NCBI GenBank assembly: GCA_902802115.1 | Contig: CADCKW010000002.1 | Location: 5,744 to 69,743, forward strand | Direction: 5' to 3' | Length of the DNA: 64,000 nt | Source: an uncultured Pseudomonadota bacterium | Lineage (GTDB): Bacteria > Pseudomonadota > Alphaproteobacteria > Rs-D84 | Part shown: piece by piece, positions 57,569 through 64,000 of the stretch | Position numbering within the stretch: the stretch's first letter is position 1 | Layout: each line of letters opens with the position of its first letter | The notes under the pieces: model-generated | Seen by the model: only the letters and a program-made list of their open reading frames with translations | Database searches by the model: none | What the model was told of the DNA's origin: nothing | Translations under genes and position numbers: made by a program

Positions 57569-58510
57569 TTATAAATGGTGCAAAATATTCTTTAACAAAA
57601 ATTCAGTATCTATACCGTTTAAAGATGTCATAAATGCAAATTCTATATCCAAACGTGGTATAAAACCAATTATTGTGTTTGTTCCACAAGTCTCGCCACA
57701 ATGATATATAATTTTGTAATTTTTGTGTTTTAATACCTGCAACCCAAATCCGTATTTAGTATTCATACCATTGGGCAATATATTCGGCACAAACATCTTT
57801 TTTGCCAAAGATGATTGTTGAATAAAACGTAAATATTTTTTTAAATCATGTATAGATGAATAAAGGCCTCCATCTGCTTGGGTTGCCGTATCTGGTCCTT
57901 GATCAAAAACAATCATGCGATTGTTGTTCGTTATTTTATGACCATAGGCACGATTTTTTATTTTTGAAACACCCTGGGTATATATCAAGGAATTGTGCAT
58001 ACCAGCCGGTAATAATATAGAACGACGAACAAAAACAGGTAATGTTTGCCCTGATATTTTTTCAATAACTTGTCCCAAGATTATATATCCGCCATTGCTG
58101 TATCTGTATTTTGTGCCTGGTTTAAAGTATCCGCTCTTTAATGTTTTTAGATAGGCAAATACCTGGGAATCAGTTATCTGTTTTCGACCAATATTTGGGC
58201 GATTTTCATAATCCCTAATGCCAGATGTATGTGTTAGCAAATGACGAATTGTAATGTCTTGCATATATTCCGGCAAACCACCAAAAATTTGTGATAATTT
58301 TGTATTTACACTGACAGCGCCAGATTCAATAAGTCTTAAAACAGAAAATGCAACAAACTGCTTTGTCACAGATGCCATACGAAAATTTGTGTTGGAGTCA
58401 CAGTTGCAATATTGCTCTATTATCTCATTTCTGTTTTTAAAGTACAATGCATATTGTTGTCGTGAATCAACAATAAGATTATGCAACAACTTATCTTTAG
58501 AGATTTTCAT
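57569..58510 (-). CDS. Beta-lactamase-related serine hydrolase (class C/esterase family)
   Basis: SxxK motif ASVTKQF, YSNGGY, HxG. Confidence 0.65.
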   Translation of the reverse strand: MKISKDKLLHNLIVDSRQQYALYFKNRNEIIEQYCNCDSNTNFRMASVTKQFVAFSVLRLIESGAVSVNTKLSQIFGGLPEYMQDITIRHLLTHTSGIRDYENRPNIGRKQITDSQVFAYLKTLKSGYFKPGTKYRYSNGGYIILGQVIEKISGQTLPVFVRRSILLPAGMHNSLIYTQGVSKIKNRAYGHKITNNNRMIVFDQGPDTATQADGGLYSSIHDLKKYLRFIQQSSLAKKMFVPNILPNGMNTKYGFGLQVLKHKNYKIIYHCGETCGTNTIIGFIPRLDIEFAFMTSLNGIDTEFLLKNILHHL

Positions 58511-58606
58511 ATTAAAAGCCCTTACATAAAAATATTACCAGACATTGAAATTACACATTTATGAGAACAAATTTTCAACAAATATGATGCTTTGTGGCTG
58601 TTTATT

Positions 58607-59833
58607 TTATTGTTCTTTTTTAAATATCAATGATGTGTTGATGCCGCCAAATGCAAAATTATTATTCATGACAAAATCTGCATCAAAATTACGTCCGGAA
58701 CCGGTTATATAATCCAATTTACCACATTTTTCATCAACTGTATTTAAATTTAATGTTGGTGCAAACCAGCCATTATTCATCATTTGAATTGACCATATCG
58801 ATTCCAATGCGCCACATGCACCCAAAGTGTGTCCAACATAACTTTTTAAACTGCTGGCGGGGACGGTATCACCAAAGACACGATTTGTCGCAACAGATTC
58901 CGCAACGTCACCAAATATTGTGCCGGTTCCATGCAGACATATATATCCTATGTCCGTTGCTTTTAAATTTGCAGAATCCAACGATAATTCCAAACAATGT
59001 GCAATAGTATCAGGGTTTGGTTGTGTAATATGCGTTCCGTCTGTATTTGTGCCAAAACCCACAATTTCCGCATAAATTTTTGCACCGCGCGCAATTGCAT
59101 GTTCGCGTTCTTCCAATATCAATGTTCCGGCACCACAACCTATGACCAAGCCGTCACGATTTGCATCAAATGGCGACGGTGTTTTTTCAGGTGTATTATT
59201 TTTTGTGCTGGTTGCGTATAAAGTATCAAATACGGCAACTTGTGTTGGGTCTAATTCTTCGGCACCGCCCGCAATCATTATGTCTTGGGCACCAGATTTG
59301 ATGTTTTCGTATGCAAAACCAATAGACAAACTGCCCGATGTGCATGCCGTTCCACTGGGTATCAGGCGACCAGTTGTTTTGAAATACAAAGATATATTAA
59401 CCGCCGCAGTTTGTGGCATAATTTTTATATAAGATGACGATGTGACATTTCCAATTTCATTTGTTTTAACCATTGAAAAAAAGTCTGCAACAGGTCCCGC
59501 CGAACCAAATGACGAACCATACGCAACACCTGTACGTCCATTGGTAAGTTCCGGCGAATCCAACAGCCCGGCATCACGCAATGCGTTTTCTGCGGAATAT
59601 ACAGCCATAACAGACACAGGTCCCATAGTCCGCAAAACTTTACGGGTAAAATGTTCTGGTGCGACAAATTCAGCCGGTGCCGCCAGATGCGAATTTAAAC
59701 CGCGTATTACAGCCAAATTATCCATTTCGCATACTGCATTTTTATATACATGCAACCTATTAAACGCAGATTCCAGGTCATTTCCCAGCGCACTGACCAA
59801 ACCCATACCTGTCACAACAACTCTTTTCGTCAT
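58607..59833 (-). CDS. Beta-ketoacyl-ACP synthase (FabF/FabB-like KAS)
   Basis: Active-site Cys GTACTSGS, His YVGHTLGACGALE, HGTGT, C-terminal NNFAFGGINTSLIF. Confidence 0.8.
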   Translation of the reverse strand: MTKRVVVTGMGLVSALGNDLESAFNRLHVYKNAVCEMDNLAVIRGLNSHLAAPAEFVAPEHFTRKVLRTMGPVSVMAVYSAENALRDAGLLDSPELTNGRTGVAYGSSFGSAGPVADFFSMVKTNEIGNVTSSSYIKIMPQTAAVNISLYFKTTGRLIPSGTACTSGSLSIGFAYENIKSGAQDIMIAGGAEELDPTQVAVFDTLYATSTKNNTPEKTPSPFDANRDGLVIGCGAGTLILEEREHAIARGAKIYAEIVGFGTNTDGTHITQPNPDTIAHCLELSLDSANLKATDIGYICLHGTGTIFGDVAESVATNRVFGDTVPASSLKSYVGHTLGACGALESIWSIQMMNNGWFAPTLNLNTVDEKCGKLDYITGSGRNFDADFVMNNNFAFGGINTSLIFKKEQ

Positions 59834-59834
59834 T

Positions 59835-60560
59835 TTATATTAATCCCCCATTTACAGATATAACCTGGCGCGTGATATAACCTGCATCGTTCGACAACAA
59901 ATACGCAACCAAACTGGCGACCTCGCCCGGTTTGCCAGCGCGACGCATTGGAACAGATTGTTCAATAATATCCGTCGGCAATCCAGATGTCATATCGGTT
60001 TCTATGATTCCTGGGGCAATGCAATTTACCGTTATATTGCGTCTGGCTAATTCAATAGCCAAAGATTTGCACACCCCGATAATTCCGGCCTTGGACGCAG
60101 CATAATTTGTCTGTCCGCGATTTCCCATAATGCCAGATACAGATGACAATGCAATTATGCGGCCACCTTGACGCGCAGAAATCATCGGCATAACCGTTGC
60201 GTGCAATACATTATACAAGCCATCAAGGTTCGTATGCACCACTTTATCCCATGTATCCCCTTCTATTGCTGGAAATGGTGCGTCTTTATTTATTCCCGCA
60301 TTACAAATCACACCCCAATAAGCACCATGTTCGGTGATATCTGCATCAAGGACACTGGTGGTTTGTTCGCGATTTGCAATATCGAAACATAATAATCTGG
60401 CATTTACACCACAAGATTGGACTTCATTTAAGGTTTCGGTGGCGGCATCAATATTAGAATTATAATGCAATACCAAATCGTATCCTGCGCGTGCCAAACA
60501 TACGGCAATAGCACGACCTATTCCACGAGATGCCCCTGTGATAAGGACGGTTTTATTCAT
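59835..60560 (-). CDS. 3-oxoacyl-ACP reductase (SDR, FabG-like)
   Basis: TGASRGIGRAIA Rossmann motif, YxxxK catalytic motif. Confidence 0.8.
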   Translation of the reverse strand: MNKTVLITGASRGIGRAIAVCLARAGYDLVLHYNSNIDAATETLNEVQSCGVNARLLCFDIANREQTTSVLDADITEHGAYWGVICNAGINKDAPFPAIEGDTWDKVVHTNLDGLYNVLHATVMPMISARQGGRIIALSSVSGIMGNRGQTNYAASKAGIIGVCKSLAIELARRNITVNCIAPGIIETDMTSGLPTDIIEQSVPMRRAGKPGEVASLVAYLLSNDAGYITRQVISVNGGLI

Positions 60561-61035
60561 TATTAGCCTCCATAAATTGTTTTATATCATCTGGTCTAAA
60601 CGCATTTAAAACCCCTGTTGCAATGATTTCGTTATCCGTATCCACAATTTTACAATCAAACGATGCAATATTGTTATCACAAAACATAGATTTAACATGG
60701 ACAAAATATGATTGTCCAACCAAATATACAGGTTTTAATACAGATATTTTGCGGGACCCCAAAACAAATCCTATGGCAGGGTCGGCGTTTGGGTTGTTGT
60801 GCAAATCATTGAGTCCAACACAACATGCAACAGATTGCGCCATAAATTCCAAAGATGCCCAAGATGGAATACCACCCAGATTTTTATCAAATAACAAATC
60901 TGTATCACGAACATCAACACGCGCAACCAATGTTTGATTTTCATAATCAAATTCTTGCACACCTGATAAAAAAATCATAGGTGCCTGTTGTGGTATAATT
61001 TTTGTTAAATCATAATTATTCATATTACCGTCCAA
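60553..61035 (-). CDS. Hotdog-fold 3-hydroxyacyl-ACP dehydratase-like protein
   Basis: ~160 aa; layout and position between a KAS and an SDR as in FabZ/ApeP-type dehydratases. Confidence 0.45.
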   Translation of the reverse strand: MDGNMNNYDLTKIIPQQAPMIFLSGVQEFDYENQTLVARVDVRDTDLLFDKNLGGIPSWASLEFMAQSVACCVGLNDLHNNPNADPAIGFVLGSRKISVLKPVYLVGQSYFVHVKSMFCDNNIASFDCKIVDTDNEIIATGVLNAFRPDDIKQFMEANNE

Positions 61036-62161
61036 TTATTACACTTGCATTACTGCCCCCAAATGCAAAGGCATTGCATAATATCGTATTCACAATATGG
61101 TGACAATGTGGTGTTGCCAAATTTAACCTTGCACAATCCGTACCATATTCGCCATCAAAAATATGCGGCACAATAAATTGATGTTTTATCATCAACCACG
61201 ATAAAGCCAAACTGACCGCACCAGCGGCCCCGAGTGTATGACCCGTTAAAGGCTTGGTCGATGCACACAATGTTTTTTCACCAAACACCGAATTTATCGC
61301 CAAAGATTCCATCGCATCGTTTGCCACAGTTCCGGTCCCATGCATATTGATAAAATCAATTTTATCAGGCGCAAAACCCGCATTATTTAAGGCAGATTTC
61401 ATAGAAGAAATCGCCCCGGCACCTGTTGGATCAGGACTGGTCAAATGGTATGCGTCCGAACTTTCGCCAACACCCAACAATTTTATTCCGTCTGTTCCGC
61501 GTGTCATTATAAATAAAGCCGCGGCTTCGCCAAGATTTATACCGTCACGATTTTGCGACATTGGATTTGTGTGTTTATAACTGAGTGCAGATAATGCGTT
61601 GAATCCATTTAATGCAAAATCGCATCGTGCATCAACACCACCAACCAAAACCGCATCACAAATGTCTTGTTCAATTAAATCTTTGGCATCTTGAAAAACC
61701 TTGGCACTGGACGAACATGCGGTTGATACGGTATATGCAGGTCCCGCAAACCCAGTTTTATTCCGCAAAAAAGCGGTTGGCGAATATAATTCGATTTCAG
61801 CCAATGAAAATTCTTGGGGTAATTCCCCTGATTCTAGTGCATGATTTAAATGATGTTGAGCCTCGTGTATGCCGGTATTACTGGCCCCAATAACAATCCC
61901 CAATCTGTTTAATGGATAACAGGATTTTAATTTCGATACACTCTGTTCTATTTGCACTAATGCAGAATTTAATAAATCATAGCACCTGAGATCATGGGTT
62001 GTTTCAATATTCACAGCACCAAAAGGAACAGAGATTCCAGCAACATTTGGTTTAACACGAAACATACCAGACGCATCGCCATTACATGCGTTTTTTACAA
62101 TTTCATCATGTGTAATTCCCAATGCACACACAAAACCTAAATCTTGCAATATTACCGTCAT
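61025..62161 (-). CDS. Beta-ketoacyl-ACP synthase (second, divergent KAS)
   Basis: STACSSSAKVF active-site Cys, HGTGT, TGHTLGAAGA, FAFGGSNASVII. Confidence 0.7.
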   Translation of the reverse strand: MTVILQDLGFVCALGITHDEIVKNACNGDASGMFRVKPNVAGISVPFGAVNIETTHDLRCYDLLNSALVQIEQSVSKLKSCYPLNRLGIVIGASNTGIHEAQHHLNHALESGELPQEFSLAEIELYSPTAFLRNKTGFAGPAYTVSTACSSSAKVFQDAKDLIEQDICDAVLVGGVDARCDFALNGFNALSALSYKHTNPMSQNRDGINLGEAAALFIMTRGTDGIKLLGVGESSDAYHLTSPDPTGAGAISSMKSALNNAGFAPDKIDFINMHGTGTVANDAMESLAINSVFGEKTLCASTKPLTGHTLGAAGAVSLALSWLMIKHQFIVPHIFDGEYGTDCARLNLATPHCHHIVNTILCNAFAFGGSNASVIIGR

Positions 62162-62201
62162 TTATATAAACCCACTTGCAAATCATGATTTTTTTCATAT
62201 A

Positions 62202-62870
62202 ATGCCAGTATTCTATAAAAAAAAGCATTTTTCAAGTATGAACAATAAAATATATATTGATGATTTTGTTATTTGGCAAGAATCCGCAGATGAAAAATTG
62301 CCAGACTTTTCTTTTATTCCGCCTATGGTGCGGCGGCGTATGTCCAATATAGAAAAAATTGCTGTTGGGTTGGCTGGTAAAATTGCGCCACAACAACAAA
62401 ATTATACAACTGTGTTCGCGTCCAGATTTGGCGAGTGGGAACAAACAATCCAATTGATTAAACAGTTTTTTGATGACCACGAAATGTCCCCTGCGGGTTT
62501 TAGTAATTCTGTGCATAATGCGGCGGCTGGTCTGTTTTCTTTGATAACAAAAAACACAAACAGTTATACCGCCATTGCTGCGGGCGATGACACATTGGAA
62601 ATGGCTGTATTAAAGGCTTTAACAGAAAAACGCGATGTTATGGTCGTGTTTGCAGGCGAACATAATCCAGATATATATACACCGTTATTAACCAAACCAC
62701 ATGATGCCTTTGGGTTGGCTGTTATGATTACACAAAACGGCAAACGACAAATAAAAGTGATGCCCGGTCAAAAAGATGCCGATGTTTTAACATTAAAAAC
62801 AATGGCTGATTTCTTGCAAGGAAATACCAATCAAGTTATTACAAAAAGCTGGGTAATACAAAATGATTAG
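62202..62870 (+). CDS. Beta-ketoacyl-synthase N-terminal-domain-like protein (chain-length-factor-like, as in APE clusters)
   Basis: ~220 aa; composition and context; recalled resemblance to Ketoacyl-synt_2-type proteins. Confidence 0.35.
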   Translation: MPVFYKKKHFSSMNNKIYIDDFVIWQESADEKLPDFSFIPPMVRRRMSNIEKIAVGLAGKIAPQQQNYTTVFASRFGEWEQTIQLIKQFFDDHEMSPAGFSNSVHNAAAGLFSLITKNTNSYTAIAAGDDTLEMAVLKALTEKRDVMVVFAGEHNPDIYTPLLTKPHDAFGLAVMITQNGKRQIKVMPGQKDADVLTLKTMADFLQGNTNQVITKSWVIQND

Positions 62871-63597
62871 ATTTTTGCGGTCGTTATTATGCGCCACTTG
62901 TTTTTGTATTTTTGGTTTAGGTGGCTTGTTGATTGGGTCTGCGGTGTTTCCAATTTTTTTATTGATATACAAATCCAAAAAACAACGTAAGATGTTTGTA
63001 AATACTATCCATTATTCTTGGCGATTGTTTGTATGGATAATGTGCGCCTTACGATTGATACAGGTAAATTGTCCAGAATATAAAAATTTAAAGTCATTGC
63101 GCGGAACCATTGTTATCGCCAATCACCCTTCTTTGATTGATGTTGTTATTTTGGTTTCTAAAATACCAAACTCTGTATGTGTTGTAAAAGAAAGTCTATT
63201 TAGAAATATATTTGTCCGCAAAGTTATTGGCAAGACATATATGTCAAATACAATGAATCCAGACGAATTTATCGCAAATGGTGCAGATATTTTGTCAAAC
63301 GGATACAATATTATTATTTTTCCCGAAGGAACCAGAACTATTCCAAACAAGGTCGTCCATTTGCATCGTGGATTTGCATACCTGCATTTGGCAACAGGCG
63401 CAGATATTTTACCAATAAAAATTACTAACGACCCACAAATACTGGGCAAAATGCAAAAATGGTGGGATATTGGAACAAAACCGTCTGTTTATAATATCAT
63501 TGTAAAACCGACCATTTGTTTTGATAAAAAAAATACCCAGACCAAGCGAGCCGCCGCGATTAAGATTACAGAACAGGCAAAAAACATATTGTTTTAA
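62863..63597 (+). CDS. Lysophospholipid/1-acyl-glycerol-3-phosphate acyltransferase family (PlsC-like) membrane-associated acyltransferase
   Basis: HX4D motif IANHPSLIDVVIL and FPEGTR motif; N-terminal TM. Confidence 0.7.
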   Translation: MIRFLRSLLCATCFCIFGLGGLLIGSAVFPIFLLIYKSKKQRKMFVNTIHYSWRLFVWIMCALRLIQVNCPEYKNLKSLRGTIVIANHPSLIDVVILVSKIPNSVCVVKESLFRNIFVRKVIGKTYMSNTMNPDEFIANGADILSNGYNIIIFPEGTRTIPNKVVHLHRGFAYLHLATGADILPIKITNDPQILGKMQKWWDIGTKPSVYNIIVKPTICFDKKNTQTKRAAAIKITEQAKNILF

Positions 63598-63658
63598 GCA
63601 TAATTTCCTTGAATTTTAATTTGTATATTGTTAGTATTGCGTCCATAAAGGATATACC

Positions 63659-63934
63659 ATGAAACGAGATTTATTAGAACGCGAAATTAAAGAATTAATC
63701 GTATCTGCATTGGATTTAGAAGATGTGTCGGCCGACGATATTGATACAAATGCCCCTTTGTTTGGAACGGGATTGGGATTAGATTCCATTGACGCATTGG
63801 AATTGGGCATGGCTTTGAAGAAAAAATACCAGGTGAATTTCAAGGCTGATAAAGAAGCAAATAAAGAATATTTTAAGTCTGTTGCACATCTGGCAACATA
63901 TATTGCAGAATCAAAAAACATTACATTGGAGTAA
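63659..63934 (+). CDS. Acyl carrier protein
   Basis: Phosphopantetheine site LGLDSIDALEL. Confidence 0.8.
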   Translation: MKRDLLEREIKELIVSALDLEDVSADDIDTNAPLFGTGLGLDSIDALELGMALKKKYQVNFKADKEANKEYFKSVAHLATYIAESKNITLE

Positions 63935-63940
63935 ATTAAC

Positions 63941-64000
63941 ATGCATACAAAAGATGAAATTTTTACACATATCAAAGATATTTTAATTAAAGAATTTGAA
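63941..64000 (+). CDS. Second acyl carrier protein, 5' fragment truncated by the window end
   Basis: MHTKDEIFTHIKDILIKEF resembles an ACP N-terminus; tandem with the previous ACP. Confidence 0.4.
   Translation, partial: MHTKDEIFTHIKDILIKEFE

Noticed and set aside
63631-63975. 114-aa minus-strand ORF
   Set aside because: Antisense to a clear acyl carrier protein gene with a diagnostic phosphopantetheine site; spurious.

Overview
This window is an AT-rich bacterial chromosome segment. The gene content and order suggest a low-GC alphaproteobacterium: era-queA-tgt, a DUF1013-like gene beside rpoD carrying a long acidic insert, ligA, murJ, rlpA, bamD, holB-tatD-smpB, rpoZ, tRNA-Ser and tRNA-Asn.

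The core blocks run at roughly 45-50% GC. They are interrupted by several ~30% GC accessory segments:
- **1-3.1 kb:** a three-gene cassette (intact UvrD-like SF1 helicase plus two tiny membrane proteins) bracketed by near-identical hairpin terminators.
- **11.2-13.5 kb:** an orphan secreted protein built from two tandem-duplicated lectin/phage-RBP-like modules, behind a heavily structured leader.
- **18.3-19.9 kb:** a small island remnant at tRNA-Ser carrying partial tRNA 3'-end direct repeats, a secreted flavodoxin-like protein and a GNAT.
- **32.4-41.1 kb:** a ten-gene nonulosonic (sialic)-acid glycan operon encoding NeuC/NeuB/NeuA homologues, three glycosyltransferases, a Cst-II-like protein and, most notably, an animal-type GT29 sialyltransferase homologue with recognisable sialylmotifs L, S, III and VS.
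- **41-48 kb:** an orphan phage tail-fibre-like gene, flavodoxin paralogues and an AlkD-like gene, followed by a DpnII/MboI-organised restriction-modification system (two Dam-family MTases plus a PD-ExK nuclease).
- **48-55 kb:** a mosaic hotspot beside tRNA-Asn. Two ~275-bp direct repeats each carry the tRNA-Asn promoter and exact 5' half, inverted relative to the intact gene. They bracket a second type II R-M pair, an overlapping cytosolic plus multi-TM two-gene module, tandem single-pass TM paralogues and other orphans.
- **55-64 kb:** a short divergent MetK, a cupin, an HxlR regulator and a serine hydrolase, followed by an aryl-polyene-like type II FAS/PKS lipid cluster (two KAS, a KS-N/CLF-like protein, FabG, a hotdog dehydratase, an LPLAT acyltransferase and tandem ACPs).

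No CRISPR array, integrase or transposase is visible. All calls are from reading the sequence and ORF translations; no database searches were run.
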